From assembly GCF_048403405.1 (NCBI RefSeq), contig NZ_CP183129.1: 64,000 nt of DNA; one strand, 5' to 3'. The notes under the pieces are model-generated. The model saw nothing but the letters and a program-made list of their open reading frames with translations, was not told the DNA's origin and searched no databases. Origin of the DNA: Escherichia coli (GTDB lineage: Bacteria > Pseudomonadota > Gammaproteobacteria > Enterobacterales > Enterobacteriaceae). This document shows, piece after piece, positions 21,010 to 32,747 of this stretch; positions within the stretch are counted from its first letter, which is position 1, and each line of letters starts with the position of its first letter. Position numbers and translations under genes: made by a program.

Positions 21010-22656
21010 ATGTCAAACAAACCCTTTATCTACCAGGCACCTTTCCCGATGGGGAAAGACAATACCGAATACTATCTACTCACTTCCGATTACGTTAGCG
21101 TTGCCGACTTCGACGGCGAAACCATTCTGAAAGTGGAACCAGAAGCCCTGACCCTGCTGGCGCAGCAAGCCTTTCACGACGCTTCTTTCATGCTCCGCCC
21201 GGCCCACCAGAAACAGGTCGCGGCTATTCTTCACGATCCAGAAGCCAGCGAAAACGACAAGTACGTGGCGCTGCAATTCTTAAGAAACTCCGAAATCGCC
21301 GCCAAAGGCGTGCTGCCGACCTGCCAGGACACCGGCACTGCGATCATCGTCGGTAAAAAAGGCCAGCGCGTGTGGACCGGTGGCGGTGATGAAGAAGCGC
21401 TGTCGAAAGGCGTCTATAACACCTATATCGAAGATAACCTGCGCTATTCACAGAACGCGCCGCTGGACATGTATAAAGAGGTCAACACCGGCACGAACCT
21501 GCCTGCGCAAATCGACCTGTACGCGGTAGATGGCGATGAGTACAAATTCCTTTGCGTTGCGAAAGGCGGCGGCTCTGCCAACAAAACGTATCTCTACCAG
21601 GAAACCAAAGCCCTGCTGACTCCCGGCAAACTGAAAAACTTCCTCGTCGAGAAAATGCGTACCCTCGGTACTGCAGCCTGCCCGCCGTACCATATCGCGT
21701 TTGTGATTGGCGGTACGTCTGCGGAAACCAACCTGAAAACCGTCAAGTTAGCAAGCGCTCACTATTACGATGAACTGCCGACGGAAGGGAACGAACATGG
21801 TCAGGCGTTCCGCGATGTCCAGCTGGAACAGGAACTGCTGGAAGAGGCCCAGAAACTCGGTCTTGGCGCGCAGTTTGGTGGTAAATACTTCGCGCACGAC
21901 ATTCGCGTTATCCGTCTGCCACGTCACGGTGCATCCTGCCCGGTAGGCATGGGCGTCTCCTGCTCCGCTGACCGTAACATTAAAGCGAAAATCAACCGCG
22001 AAGGTATCTGGATCGAAAAACTGGAACACAACCCAGGCCAGTACATTCCGGAAGAACTGCGCCAGGCCGGTGAAGGCGAAGCGGTGAAAGTTGACCTTAA
22101 CCGCCCGATGAAAGAGATCCTCGCCCAGCTTTCGCAATACCCGGTATCCACCCGCTTGTCGCTCACCGGCACCATTATTGTGGGTCGAGATATTGCACAC
22201 GCCAAGCTGAAAGAGCTGATTGACGCCGGTAAAGAACTGCCGCAGTACATCAAAGATCACCCGATCTACTACGCGGGTCCGGCGAAAACGCCTGCCGGTT
22301 ATCCATCAGGTTCACTTGGCCCAACCACCGCAGGTCGTATGGACTCCTACGTGGATCTGCTGCAATCCCACGGCGGCAGCATGATCATGCTGGCGAAAGG
22401 CAACCGCAGCCAGCAGGTTACCGACGCGTGCCATAAACACGGCGGCTTTTACCTCGGTAGCATCGGCGGTCCAGCGGCGGTACTGGCGCAGCAGAGCATC
22501 AAGCATCTGGAATGCGTCGCTTATCCGGAGCTGGGTATGGAAGCTATCTGGAAAATCGAAGTAGAAGATTTCCCGGCGTTTATCCTGGTCGATGACAAAG
22601 GCAACGACTTCTTCCAGCAAATCGTCAACAAACAGTGCGCGAACTGCACTAAGTAA
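21010..22656 (+). CDS. fumB: class I (Fe-S) fumarate hydratase FumB, 548 aa
   Basis: Full [27 protein letters not shown]...; conserved dcuB-fumB linkage; matches recalled FumB. Confidence 0.95.
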   Translation: MSNKPFIYQAPFPMGKDNTEYYLLTSDYVSVADFDGETILKVEPEALTLLAQQAFHDASFMLRPAHQKQVAAILHDPEASENDKYVALQFLRNSEIAAKGVLPTCQDTGTAIIVGKKGQRVWTGGGDEEALSKGVYNTYIEDNLRYSQNAPLDMYKEVNTGTNLPAQIDLYAVDGDEYKFLCVAKGGGSANKTYLYQETKALLTPGKLKNFLVEKMRTLGTAACPPYHIAFVIGGTSAETNLKTVKLASAHYYDELPTEGNEHGQAFRDVQLEQELLEEAQKLGLGAQFGGKYFAHDIRVIRLPRHGASCPVGMGVSCSADRNIKAKINREGIWIEKLEHNPGQYIPEELRQAGEGEAVKVDLNRPMKEILAQLSQYPVSTRLSLTGTIIVGRDIAHAKLKELIDAGKELPQYIKDHPIYYAGPAKTPAGYPSGSLGPTTAGRMDSYVDLLQSHGGSMIMLAKGNRSQQVTDACHKHGGFYLGSIGGPAAVLAQQSIKHLECVAYPELGMEAIWKIEVEDFPAFILVDDKGNDFFQQIVNKQCANCTK

Positions 22657-22778
22657 CCTCTTCGGCCCAGCGCCTGGCAGCATGCTGCCAGGTGATCCCC
22701 CTGGGCCACCTCTTTTGCGATTGTAATTTCACGCTTGCTGGTGAATAGTCAGTATTTTCCCTGACTTGCGAACTCACC

Positions 22779-23408
22779 ATGACCCGCACACTCAAGCCGT
22801 TAATTCTTAACACCAGCGCACTGACGCTAACGTTAATCCTGATTTATACCGGCATTTCGGCCCATGACAAACTCACCTGGCTGATGGAAGTGACACCGGT
22901 GATTATTGTCGTGCCGCTACTGCTTGCCACCGCCAGACGTTATCCGTTAACGCCGCTGCTCTATACGCTCATTTTCTTTCACGCCATCATCCTGATGGTC
23001 GGCGGACAATACACCTACGCGAAAGTCCCCGTTGGTTTTGAGGTGCAGGAATGGCTGGGGTTGAGCCGTAATCCGTATGACAAACTGGGGCATTTTTTCC
23101 AGGGGCTGGTGCCTGCACTGGTGGCACGAGAGATCCTTGTGCGCGGGATGTACGTTCGCGGACATAAGATGGTGGCGTTTCTGGTCTGCTGCGTGGCGCT
23201 GGCGATAAGCGCGATGTATGAATTAATCGAGTGGTGGGCGGCGCTGGCAATGGGCCAGGGAGCGGATGATTTTCTCGGCACCCAGGGCGACCAGTGGGAC
23301 ACGCAATCCGATATGTTCTGCGCGCTGCTTGGCGCATTAACGACGGTGATATTTCTCGCTCGCTTTCATTGCCGCCAGCTACGGCGCTTTGGCTTGATAA
23401 CCGGATAA
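22779..23408 (+). CDS. yjdF: inner-membrane protein YjdF (DUF2238), 209 aa
   Basis: Hydrophobic multi-TM ORF; matches recalled YjdF; function unknown. Confidence 0.85.
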   Translation: MTRTLKPLILNTSALTLTLILIYTGISAHDKLTWLMEVTPVIIVVPLLLATARRYPLTPLLYTLIFFHAIILMVGGQYTYAKVPVGFEVQEWLGLSRNPYDKLGHFFQGLVPALVAREILVRGMYVRGHKMVAFLVCCVALAISAMYELIEWWAALAMGQGADDFLGTQGDQWDTQSDMFCALLGALTTVIFLARFHCRQLRRFGLITG

Positions 23409-23424
23409 CAACGTGCGCTTTGTT

Positions 23425-23460
23425 GACGCCGGATGCGGCGTGAATTCCTTATCCGGTCTA
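23425..23460. repeat. REP (repetitive extragenic palindromic) element between convergent yjdF and melB
   Basis: gacgccggatgcggcgtgaa...ccttatccggtctac imperfect palindrome of the REP family. Confidence 0.5.
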
Positions 23461-23546
23461 CAAAATTTGCAAATCCAAAGCATTACATTAAGACATGGCC
23501 TGATAAACATATCGCATCAGGCCATTTTCGTTAGCTATTGTCCACG

Positions 23547-24968
23547 TCAGGCTTTCACATCACTCACTGCACCGACCGGAATATCAGCATGAACAGGCTC
23601 GGGCGGTACTTTGCGATATTTATCCAGCAGATGGATCTGGATCCTGCGCAGCGTGTCACCATTGAGGCGATAGAAACGGAAGTAGAGAATCAGCGTTACC
23701 ATGAAAAACAGAGTCGGTAGAGCAATCATAATAAACTGCATACCTAATAGGGCTTGCGTAGACTGTTCAACATTCGGTACATAGCCAATCATCCCTAACA
23801 CAACCGCAATGAAAAAAGCCGCAAAGGCTGAACCGCCCTTCACCACCATAGTCTGCACGGAGTAAGCGATGCTTTCACAGCGTACGTGCAGTTTATATTC
23901 ACCGTAATCAACGGTATCTGCCACCATGATGACCTGTAATACCCAGAAAAGCGCCGTTCCCACATTCAGCAAGATACCCGCAATCACAATGAGGACGACG
24001 TTGTGATAGCTCATTAATGCCATTAACAGGAGAACACCACAGCTTAACACCGGAAGAATAGATGCTCCGGCCCATAAAATGCGTCGGGATAATGATTTAA
24101 CTAAGCGTGGGAAGAATACTAACGTCACCAGGTTAGCAGCTCCCGCATACGACAGATAATAGGGGAACAAATCCGCATCACCGATAACATATGAGAAATA
24201 ATAGATAGCAAAGCCGGTAATAATATTGCTGGCTACATTATAAGCAAGAGCCATACCCAAGAGGCATGAAAGCTGATCGTTTTTATAAATAAGCGCAACG
24301 ATGGCTTTAAGTGTCAGATGGCTTCCTTCAGCAGACGGTTGATTGTCTGACGAAAAGACTTCATGCACATTGCGCAGAGTGATGATGGTTGAAACAATAA
24401 AAAAGGCGATCAGTACCAGAGTGAACATCTGAAAGCCAAATCCCCGATCGCCACCGCCGACATAATTAACAAATGGTAGCGTCACACCTGCCGTAACAAA
24501 GCCCGCCAGACTGGCAAAAAAACGCGGATAAGGAACCAGTTGTTCGCGCTCACGTTTATCGAGCGTTATGGTTGGAACCAGCGACCAGAAGGGAATATCC
24601 ATAATGGTGTAAGTCATGCCCCAGAGGATGTAGGTCACGCAAACAAAGACAATCTGAGTAGTACCTTCAAACAGATGCGCACTAAAGAGGAGAAATAAGA
24701 TTACAGAGTTTGCCAACGTACCGATCAGGATCCAGGGTTTGAACTTACCCCATCGCGATCGCGTAGCATTTACAATCCATCCCATAATCGGATCGTTAAT
24801 AGCATCCCAGATCCTCGCCACCAGAAACAAAGTACCGACCAAACCCACAGACAGCCCGACGACATCGGTGTAGTAATACATGAGGTACATATACACAATG
24901 CCGATCGCAAAATCCTTCCCGAACGCTCCAAATCCATAACTGAGTTTTGTAGTCATTGAAATGCTCAT
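23547..24968 (-). CDS. melB: melibiose:Na+/H+/Li+ symporter MelB, 473 aa
   Basis: ORF track starts at 24992; ATG at 24968 gives [20 protein letters not shown] matching recalled MelB. Confidence 0.93.
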   Translation of the reverse strand: MSISMTTKLSYGFGAFGKDFAIGIVYMYLMYYYTDVVGLSVGLVGTLFLVARIWDAINDPIMGWIVNATRSRWGKFKPWILIGTLANSVILFLLFSAHLFEGTTQIVFVCVTYILWGMTYTIMDIPFWSLVPTITLDKREREQLVPYPRFFASLAGFVTAGVTLPFVNYVGGGDRGFGFQMFTLVLIAFFIVSTIITLRNVHEVFSSDNQPSAEGSHLTLKAIVALIYKNDQLSCLLGMALAYNVASNIITGFAIYYFSYVIGDADLFPYYLSYAGAANLVTLVFFPRLVKSLSRRILWAGASILPVLSCGVLLLMALMSYHNVVLIVIAGILLNVGTALFWVLQVIMVADTVDYGEYKLHVRCESIAYSVQTMVVKGGSAFAAFFIAVVLGMIGYVPNVEQSTQALLGMQFIMIALPTLFFMVTLILYFRFYRLNGDTLRRIQIHLLDKYRKVPPEPVHADIPVGAVSDVKA

Positions 24969-25070
24969 AGGGTATCGGGTCGCTGTTACCAACGCCCGCC
25001 TTCTGTTATTGGTATCGTCAGAGGTGTGCGCCGGAATAAATCCCCCGGCGCAGTAGCGTTTAGTCGCGTT

Positions 25071-26426
25071 TTAACGGTGCAACCAGCCTGGCAGCCAGTC
25101 GCCGTGGGCGGCAATCAGGTCGTCAACAAGAGCATATATTTCGTCAATGCCCAGCACGGCGGCAGTATGCGGGTCCATCATCGCGGCGTGGTAAACACGG
25201 TCGCGATTTTCCGTAAGAATAGCTTCAGTCAGCAGCGTCTGTACGTTGATGTTGGTTTGCATCAGGGCGGCCAGATGCGAAGGTAGCGTACCGACTTTGG
25301 TCGGCTGAATGCCATTAGCATCAACCAGACAGGCTACTTCCACGCAACATCCTTGTGGCAGGTTATCAATCAAACCCTCGTTACGGACGTTGCCGTAAAT
25401 CACACTCGGCTCGCCAGTCCAGATAGCGTTCATGATTGTGCTGGCATATTCCCGTGACGGTTTAATATCAATCCGGGAGGCGTTTTTATACTCCTCCAGC
25501 TCTTTATGCCAGTTCGCCAGCTGCTCGACGCAGCGTTTCGGGTACTCATCCAGCGGTACTTTATAACGCTCAATCAAATCCTCACGACCTGGCTTAATAA
25601 ACCACGGTGTGTACTCAGCAAAATGTTCTGACGATTCCGTGACGAAGTAGCCCAGCTTTTTGAACATTTCGTAGCGCACAATATTCTGGCAGCGAGTATT
25701 GCCATGAATATTCGGCTTCGGTGCCTGCCCTGCTTCATAAGCCGCCAGCAGTTCCGGGTAGAGATTCACGTAACTGCCGTCGGCGGTTTTGCGCTCCAGT
25801 TCCAGGTAAAACGCCATATGGTTGATACCTGCGCAACGGTAACGCAGCGTAGCCGGGTCGATATTGAGGTCACGCGCCAGCTCTTCCGCCGTTCCCTGCA
25901 CCGAATGGCACAGCCCGACCTGTTTGATATGCGGATAGCGGGCATACATCGCCCAGGTATTCATCGCCATTGGGTTAACGTAGTTGAGCATGGTGGCATC
26001 GGGGCAGACTTCCGTCATGTCCTCGCAAATTTGCCACAGGTGCGGAATGGTACGTAGCGCGCGCATAATACCGCCCGGCCCCAACGTATCGGCAATGGTT
26101 TGTTCCAGACCATGCCGCTTACAGACCTCGAAATCAGTCACCGTGCAAGGTTCATAACCGCCAATCTGAAATGCCACCACCACAAAATCGGCATCCTGTA
26201 AGGCTTCTTTCTGTTGGGTGTGGCAGGTGATTTTGCCGCTGGCCCCTGCTGAATCCATCAGCTTACGCACCACAATGTGCGACTCTTCCAGGCGGGTGGG
26301 ATCAATGTCCATCAGGGCAATATGCGCCGTTTTCAGCGCCTCGCGATGGAACACATCACCAAGAATATTTTTAACGAAAATCGTCGAACCAGCGCCGATA
26401 AATGTAATTTTGGGTGCAGACATCAT
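25071..26426 (-). CDS. melA: alpha-galactosidase MelA (GH4, NAD+/Mn2+ dependent), 451 aa
   Basis: Full ORF MMSAPKITFIGAGSTIFVKN with N-terminal Rossmann GxGS motif; matches recalled MelA. Confidence 0.95.
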   Translation of the reverse strand: MMSAPKITFIGAGSTIFVKNILGDVFHREALKTAHIALMDIDPTRLEESHIVVRKLMDSAGASGKITCHTQQKEALQDADFVVVAFQIGGYEPCTVTDFEVCKRHGLEQTIADTLGPGGIMRALRTIPHLWQICEDMTEVCPDATMLNYVNPMAMNTWAMYARYPHIKQVGLCHSVQGTAEELARDLNIDPATLRYRCAGINHMAFYLELERKTADGSYVNLYPELLAAYEAGQAPKPNIHGNTRCQNIVRYEMFKKLGYFVTESSEHFAEYTPWFIKPGREDLIERYKVPLDEYPKRCVEQLANWHKELEEYKNASRIDIKPSREYASTIMNAIWTGEPSVIYGNVRNEGLIDNLPQGCCVEVACLVDANGIQPTKVGTLPSHLAALMQTNINVQTLLTEAILTENRDRVYHAAMMDPHTAAVLGIDEIYALVDDLIAAHGDWLPGWLHR

Positions 26427-26708
26427 GCAGATCTCCTGGCTTGCTTGAATAACTTCATCATGGCAGGCGAATCTGCAGAAAACCTCCGGCTTCCAGGTTG
26501 AGCATTCCCATAAACTCAGATCCTGCGTGAAGCAGCAGTAAATCTGAGTTTATGGGAATAAGTTACCTGAAAAGCAGAGTTTTCGGCCTCATGATGCTCG
26601 GACGCTCCCCTCGCCGCTGTGGGAAGAGGGTGAAAACCGTGCTCCCACTCGCAGTCATCCTCCCTCACTCCTGCCATAATTCTGATATTCCAGGAAAGAG
26701 AGCCATCC

Positions 26709-27617
26709 ATGAATACAGATACGTTTATGTGCAGCAGCGACGAAAAACAGACCCGCAGCCCGCTGTCGCTGTATTCGGAATACCAGCGGATGGAGATTGA
26801 GTTTCGCTCACCGCATATCATGCCCACCAGCCACTGGCATGGTCAGGTCGAAGTGAATGTGCCTTTCGATGGCGATGTGGAATACCTGATCAACAATGAA
26901 AAAGTGAGTATCAATCAGGGACATATCACGCTGTTCTGGGCCTGTACACCGCACCAACTAACAGATACCGGAACCTGTCAGAGCATGGCGATTTTTAATC
27001 TGCCGATGCATCTGTTTCTCTCCTGGCCGCTGGATAAAGACCTGATTAACCACGTCACTCACGGCATGGTGATCAAATCACTGGCGACACAGCAACTTAG
27101 TCCGTTTGAAGTGCGCCGCTGGCAGCAGGAATTAAACAGTCCGAATGAGCAAATTCGCCAGCTCGCCATTGATGAAATTGGCCTGATGCTCAAGCGATTT
27201 AGCCTCTCTGGCTGGGAACCGATTCTGGTCAATAAAACCTCGCGCACACACAAAAACAGCGTCTCGCGCCATGCGCAATTTTATGTCAGCCAGATGCTGG
27301 GCTTTATTGCCGAAAACTATGATCAGGCGCTGACCATCAACGATGTGGCTGAGCACGTCAAACTTAACGCCAACTATGCAATGGGGATATTCCAGCGGGT
27401 CATGCAATTGACGATGAAACAGTACATTACCGCGATGCGCATCAACCACGTTCGCGCGTTACTGAGCGATACCGATAAAAGTATTCTCGATATTGCCCTG
27501 ACGGCAGGCTTTCGTTCAAGTAGTCGTTTTTACAGCACGTTCGGCAAATATGTCGGCATGTCGCCGCAACAATACCGCAAACTTAGCCGACAGCGCCGCC
27601 AGACGTTTCCCGGCTAA
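26709..27617 (+). CDS. melR: AraC-family melibiose operon activator MelR, 302 aa
   Basis: Divergent from melAB; C-terminal AraC-type HTH; matches recalled MelR. Confidence 0.93.
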   Translation: MNTDTFMCSSDEKQTRSPLSLYSEYQRMEIEFRSPHIMPTSHWHGQVEVNVPFDGDVEYLINNEKVSINQGHITLFWACTPHQLTDTGTCQSMAIFNLPMHLFLSWPLDKDLINHVTHGMVIKSLATQQLSPFEVRRWQQELNSPNEQIRQLAIDEIGLMLKRFSLSGWEPILVNKTSRTHKNSVSRHAQFYVSQMLGFIAENYDQALTINDVAEHVKLNANYAMGIFQRVMQLTMKQYITAMRINHVRALLSDTDKSILDIALTAGFRSSSRFYSTFGKYVGMSPQQYRKLSRQRRQTFPG

Positions 27618-27815
27618 AGACGATATCAGTATCAGCCAAAAAAATAGTTTAGCCGTCGATAATAAGCAGTGAAAATAATTTAAAATAATCACATAACATA
27701 TTGTTTATAAAAACAAATATTTCAAAAATGTTTGTTTTTCACGCGCTTTACAGCCCGAAAAGGCCGGAAGATACTTGCCCGCAACGAAGATTCCTTCATA
27801 ACCGGGTAAGCAATG

Positions 27816-30083
27816 ATGAAAGTATTAATTGTTGAAAGCGAGTTTCTCCATCAAGACACCTGGGTCGGTAACGCCGTTGAGCGTCTGGCTGATGCTTTAA
27901 GCCAGCAAAATGTTACCGTGATTAAATCCACCTCCTTTGATGATGGTTTTGCCATTCTCTCTTCAAACGAAGCCATTGACTGCCTGATGTTCAGCTATCA
28001 AATGGAACATCCGGACGAACATCAAAACGTCAGACAATTGATCGGTAAGCTTCATGAGCGCCAACAAAACGTGCCGGTCTTCCTGTTGGGCGATCGGGAA
28101 AAAGCCCTCGCCGCAATGGACCGGGATCTGCTGGAGCTTGTCGATGAATTCGCCTGGATTCTGGAAGATACCGCCGACTTTATCGCCGGACGCGCCGTTG
28201 CCGCGATGACCCGCTACCGCCAGCAGCTGTTGCCGCCACTGTTTAGCGCGCTGATGAAATATAGCGACATCCATGAATATTCCTGGGCAGCACCAGGCCA
28301 CCAGGGCGGCGTTGGTTTTACCAAAACACCCGCCGGACGTTTCTACCATGACTACTATGGTGAAAACCTGTTCCGCACCGACATGGGCATCGAACGAACT
28401 TCCCTCGGTTCTTTGCTTGACCATACTGGCGCATTTGGCGAAAGCGAAAAATATGCCGCACGCGTATTTGGTGCCGATCGCTCCTGGTCGGTAGTCGTCG
28501 GTACTTCCGGCTCTAACCGCACCATCATGCAGGCTTGCATGACCGATAACGATGTCGTGGTCGTTGACCGTAACTGCCATAAATCCATCGAACAAGGCTT
28601 GATGCTGACAGGCGCGAAACCGGTCTACATGGTGCCAAGCCGCAACCGCTACGGCATTATCGGGCCAATCTATCCGCAGGAAATGCAACCTGAAACCTTG
28701 CAGAAGAAAATCAGTGAAAGCCCGCTGACTAAAGACAAAGCCGGGCAAAAACCGTCTTACTGCGTGGTGACCAACTGCACCTATGACGGCGTGTGTTATA
28801 ACGCTAAAGAAGCGCAGGATCTGCTGGAAAAAACCTCCGATCGTCTGCACTTTGACGAAGCCTGGTACGGCTATGCACGTTTCAACCCGATCTATGCCGA
28901 TCACTATGCCATGCGCGGCGAACCTGGCGATCACAACGGTCCTACCGTTTTCGCCACCCACTCCACCCACAAACTGCTGAATGCGCTGTCACAGGCCTCT
29001 TATATTCATGTACGTGAAGGTCGTGGGGCGATTAACTTCTCCCGCTTCAACCAGGCCTACATGATGCATGCCACCACCTCCCCGCTGTATGCCATCTGCG
29101 CATCCAACGACGTGGCGGTGTCGATGATGGACGGCAACAGCGGCCTGTCACTGACTCAGGAAGTGATCGACGAAGCGGTTGATTTCCGTCAGGCGATGGC
29201 GCGGCTGTATAAAGAGTTCACCGCTGACGGTAGCTGGTTCTTCAAACCGTGGAACAAAGAAGTCGTCACCGACCCACAAACCGGCAAAACCTATGACTTT
29301 GCTGACGCACCAACCAAACTGCTGACCACCGTTCAGGACTGCTGGGTCATGCATCCGGGCGAAAGCTGGCACGGCTTCAAAGATATTCCGGATAACTGGA
29401 GTATGCTCGACCCAATTAAAGTCAGCATCCTTGCTCCGGGAATGGGTGAAGATGGTGAACTGGAAGAAACCGGTGTTCCGGCGGCGCTGGTCACTGCCTG
29501 GCTTGGTCGCCACGGCATTGTGCCTACCCGCACCACTGACTTCCAAATCATGTTCCTGTTCTCTATGGGCATAACCCGTGGGAAATGGGGGACTCTGGTT
29601 AACACCCTTTGCTCCTTCAAACGCCACTATGACGCCAACACACCGCTGGCGCAGGTGATGCCGGAACTTGTTGAACAATATCCTGACACTTACGCGAACA
29701 TGGGGATTCACGATCTGGGTGACACCATGTTTGCCTGGCTGAAAGAAAACAACCCTGGCGCACGGTTGAACGAAGCCTATTCCGGCCTGCCGGTGGCGGA
29801 AATCACCCCACGTGAAGCGTACAACGCGATTGTCGACAACAATGTCGAACTGGTATCCATTGAAAACCTACCAGGACGCATCGCGGCAAACTCAGTTATC
29901 CCGTATCCGCCAGGAATCCCGATGCTGCTGTCTGGTGAAAACTTCGGCGATAAAAACAGTCCGCAAGTAAGTTATTTACGCTCGCTGCAATCCTGGGACC
30001 ATCATTTCCCTGGATTTGAACACGAAACTGAAGGGACTGAAATTATTGACGGTATTTACCACGTTATGTGTGTGAAAGCGTAA
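27816..30083 (+). CDS. adiA: biodegradative (acid-inducible) arginine decarboxylase AdiA, 755 aa
   Basis: ORF track starts at tandem ATG 27813; second ATG gives MKVLIVESEFLHQD matching recalled AdiA; PLP motif STHKLL; paralog of the cadA product. Confidence 0.94.
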   Translation: MKVLIVESEFLHQDTWVGNAVERLADALSQQNVTVIKSTSFDDGFAILSSNEAIDCLMFSYQMEHPDEHQNVRQLIGKLHERQQNVPVFLLGDREKALAAMDRDLLELVDEFAWILEDTADFIAGRAVAAMTRYRQQLLPPLFSALMKYSDIHEYSWAAPGHQGGVGFTKTPAGRFYHDYYGENLFRTDMGIERTSLGSLLDHTGAFGESEKYAARVFGADRSWSVVVGTSGSNRTIMQACMTDNDVVVVDRNCHKSIEQGLMLTGAKPVYMVPSRNRYGIIGPIYPQEMQPETLQKKISESPLTKDKAGQKPSYCVVTNCTYDGVCYNAKEAQDLLEKTSDRLHFDEAWYGYARFNPIYADHYAMRGEPGDHNGPTVFATHSTHKLLNALSQASYIHVREGRGAINFSRFNQAYMMHATTSPLYAICASNDVAVSMMDGNSGLSLTQEVIDEAVDFRQAMARLYKEFTADGSWFFKPWNKEVVTDPQTGKTYDFADAPTKLLTTVQDCWVMHPGESWHGFKDIPDNWSMLDPIKVSILAPGMGEDGELEETGVPAALVTAWLGRHGIVPTRTTDFQIMFLFSMGITRGKWGTLVNTLCSFKRHYDANTPLAQVMPELVEQYPDTYANMGIHDLGDTMFAWLKENNPGARLNEAYSGLPVAEITPREAYNAIVDNNVELVSIENLPGRIAANSVIPYPPGIPMLLSGENFGDKNSPQVSYLRSLQSWDHHFPGFEHETEGTEIIDGIYHVMCVKA

Positions 30084-30202
30084 CCACTATTCCGCTGAAG
30101 GCGTAATTGTTTAAATAACATTACGCCGCCTGGCTTGAGGCCTTTTAAGTATGGCAACGTTTTCATAAAAATTGCTGCAAACAAAAAATGTCATACTTTT
30201 TG

Positions 30203-30228
30203 CGCGGTCCCACCCCGCGCTTTTTTTT
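30203..30228 (+). terminator. rho-independent terminator downstream of adiA
   Basis: Hairpin gcgcgg-tcccacc-ccgcgc followed by tttttttt. Confidence 0.65.
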
Positions 30229-30408
30229 GCCTGTTATTTACCCTGTAAAAAAATATGTACATGAGAAATTACTATAAAAATTTGTAATATTAGTAAAACT
30301 TGTTATTTTTATGCATGTTTATATTCATCATACAATTATATAACCATTTCCCGGTATCGCTTCGCTTTAGCGAGAACTGGTCTTTTATTCGCACTCAGGA
30401 GTACATGT

Positions 30409-31170
30409 ATGAGGATTTGCAGCGACCAACCTTGTATTGTTTTATTGACTGAAAAAGATGTCTGGATAAGGGTGAATGGGAAAGAACCTATTAGCCTTAA
30501 AGCTAACCATATGGCGTTATTAAATTGTGAAAATAATATTATCGACGTCTCCTCTCTTAATAACACTTTGGTTGCTCATATTAGTCACGACATCATCAAA
30601 GATTACCTCCGGTTTCTGAATAAAGATCTCTCGCAAATACCAGTATGGCAACGTAGTGCTACGCCCATCCTCACCCTGCCATGCCTGACGCCAGACGTCT
30701 TTCGCGTTGCCGCGCAACATAGCATGATGCCCGCTGAAACTGAGTCAGAAAAGGAACGAACACGTGCATTATTATTCACTGTGCTATCCCGTTTTCTCGA
30801 CAGTAAAAAATTCCTTTCACTAATGATGTATATGTTACGTAATTGTGTAAGTGACAGCGTTTATCAAATTATTGAAAGCGATATCCACAAAGACTGGAAT
30901 CTTAGTATGGTAGCCAGTTGTTTATGTCTTAGCCCGAGTCTGTTAAAGAAAAAGCTGAAAAGCGAAAACACCAGTTATAGCCAAATAATCACCACCTGCC
31001 GCATGCGTTATGCCGTAAATGAATTAATGATGGACGGTAAAAATATCTCTCAGGTATCACAATCCTGCGGCTACAACAGTACGTCGTACTTTATTTCTGT
31101 CTTTAAAGACTTCTACGGTATGACGCCTCTGCATTATGTTAGTCAGCACAGAGAACGCACTGTCGCCTGA
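30409..31170 (+). CDS. adiY: AraC-family regulator AdiY, 253 aa
   Basis: ORF MRICSDQPCIVLLTEKDVWIRVNG...; located between adiA and adiC; preceded by a very AT-rich upstream region; matches recalled AdiY. Confidence 0.92.
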   Translation: MRICSDQPCIVLLTEKDVWIRVNGKEPISLKANHMALLNCENNIIDVSSLNNTLVAHISHDIIKDYLRFLNKDLSQIPVWQRSATPILTLPCLTPDVFRVAAQHSMMPAETESEKERTRALLFTVLSRFLDSKKFLSLMMYMLRNCVSDSVYQIIESDIHKDWNLSMVASCLCLSPSLLKKKLKSENTSYSQIITTCRMRYAVNELMMDGKNISQVSQSCGYNSTSYFISVFKDFYGMTPLHYVSQHRERTVA

Positions 31171-31306
31171 TTTTTAACCTTAACGAAGAGCTATATTAAT
31201 AACGGCATCAGCGATAACCCGGTCGATAATAATTCAACTATCGAATGCAGGCGTATGATATGACGTAATTTATTGTCACGAAGCTCGCCTTCGCAGGAGT
31301 TTAATT

Positions 31307-32644
31307 ATGTCTTCGGATGCTGATGCTCACAAAGTGGGCTTAATCCCCGTCACCCTGATGGTGTCGGGGAATATTATGGGGTCAGGTGTTTTTCTGTTAC
31401 CTGCAAACCTGGCCTCCACTGGCGGGATTGCCATTTATGGATGGTTGGTGACGATTATCGGTGCGCTGGGGCTCTCGATGGTATACGCCAAAATGTCGTT
31501 CCTCGACCCAAGTCCTGGTGGTTCTTACGCTTACGCCCGCCGCTGCTTTGGGCCGTTTCTCGGTTATCAAACCAACGTCCTCTACTGGCTGGCCTGCTGG
31601 ATCGGCAATATCGCCATGGTGGTCATTGGCGTAGGTTATTTAAGTTACTTCTTCCCGATTCTGAAAGATCCATTGGTATTAACCATCACCTGCGTCGTGG
31701 TGCTGTGGATCTTCGTCCTGCTGAACATTGTCGGTCCGAAAATGATCACCCGCGTGCAGGCCGTTGCCACCGTGCTGGCGCTGATCCCCATCGTCGGGAT
31801 TGCCGTATTTGGCTGGTTCTGGTTCCGTGGTGAAACCTATATGGCGGCATGGAACGTCAGCGGCCTGGGCACCTTCGGCGCGATTCAAAGTACCCTTAAC
31901 GTTACGCTGTGGTCGTTCATCGGTGTGGAAAGTGCCTCCGTTGCCGCAGGTGTGGTGAAAAACCCGAAACGCAACGTCCCTATCGCCACCATTGGTGGGG
32001 TATTGATTGCCGCCGTTTGCTATGTGCTCTCCACCACCGCGATTATGGGGATGATCCCTAATGCCGCACTGCGCGTTTCTGCCTCGCCATTCGGTGATGC
32101 CGCACGGATGGCGTTGGGTGACACCGCCGGGGCCATTGTTTCCTTCTGCGCAGCTGCGGGTTGCTTAGGTTCACTGGGCGGCTGGACATTGCTGGCGGGT
32201 CAAACGGCGAAAGCCGCTGCCGATGACGGACTGTTCCCACCAATTTTTGCCCGTGTAAATAAAGCGGGCACGCCAGTGGCGGGGCTGATTATCGTCGGTA
32301 TTTTGATGACCATCTTCCAGCTCAGCAGCATTTCACCAAACGCGACCAAAGAGTTCGGTCTGGTTTCTTCCGTCTCGGTCATCTTTACACTGGTGCCATA
32401 TCTTTACACCTGTGCGGCGTTACTGCTGCTCGGCCACGGTCACTTTGGTAAAGCACGTCCGGTATATCTGGCAGTTACTACCATTGCCTTCCTCTACTGC
32501 ATCTGGGCCGTGGTGGGGTCCGGGGCGAAAGAGGTTATGTGGTCATTTGTCACCCTGATGGTCATCACCGCCATGTATGCGCTGAATTACAACCGGCTGC
32601 ATAAAAACCCGTATCCCTTAGATGCACCAATAAGCAAAGATTAA
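31307..32644 (+). CDS. adiC: arginine:agmatine antiporter AdiC, 445 aa
   Basis: APC-family transporter paralogous to the cadB product; matches recalled AdiC. Confidence 0.95.
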   Translation: MSSDADAHKVGLIPVTLMVSGNIMGSGVFLLPANLASTGGIAIYGWLVTIIGALGLSMVYAKMSFLDPSPGGSYAYARRCFGPFLGYQTNVLYWLACWIGNIAMVVIGVGYLSYFFPILKDPLVLTITCVVVLWIFVLLNIVGPKMITRVQAVATVLALIPIVGIAVFGWFWFRGETYMAAWNVSGLGTFGAIQSTLNVTLWSFIGVESASVAAGVVKNPKRNVPIATIGGVLIAAVCYVLSTTAIMGMIPNAALRVSASPFGDAARMALGDTAGAIVSFCAAAGCLGSLGGWTLLAGQTAKAAADDGLFPPIFARVNKAGTPVAGLIIVGILMTIFQLSSISPNATKEFGLVSSVSVIFTLVPYLYTCAALLLLGHGHFGKARPVYLAVTTIAFLYCIWAVVGSGAKEVMWSFVTLMVITAMYALNYNRLHKNPYPLDAPISKD

Positions 32645-32668
32645 TTCCCCTTAATCCAGCAAACATAA

Positions 32669-32709
32669 AAGCCAACCTTAAGAACTTAAGGTTGGCTTAA
32701 TTTTGCTTT
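32669..32709 (+). terminator. rho-independent terminator downstream of adiC
   Basis: Hairpin aagccaaccttaag-aac-ttaaggttggctt followed by aattttgcttt. Confidence 0.6.
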
Positions 32710-32747
32710 GCGAGCATATGCGCACTTTGTTCGATGGAAACACCGTG

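Noticed and set aside
26516-26827. 103-aa minus-strand ORF spanning the melA-melR divergent promoter region
   Set aside because: It overlaps the melR start and the mel regulatory region; no independent support.
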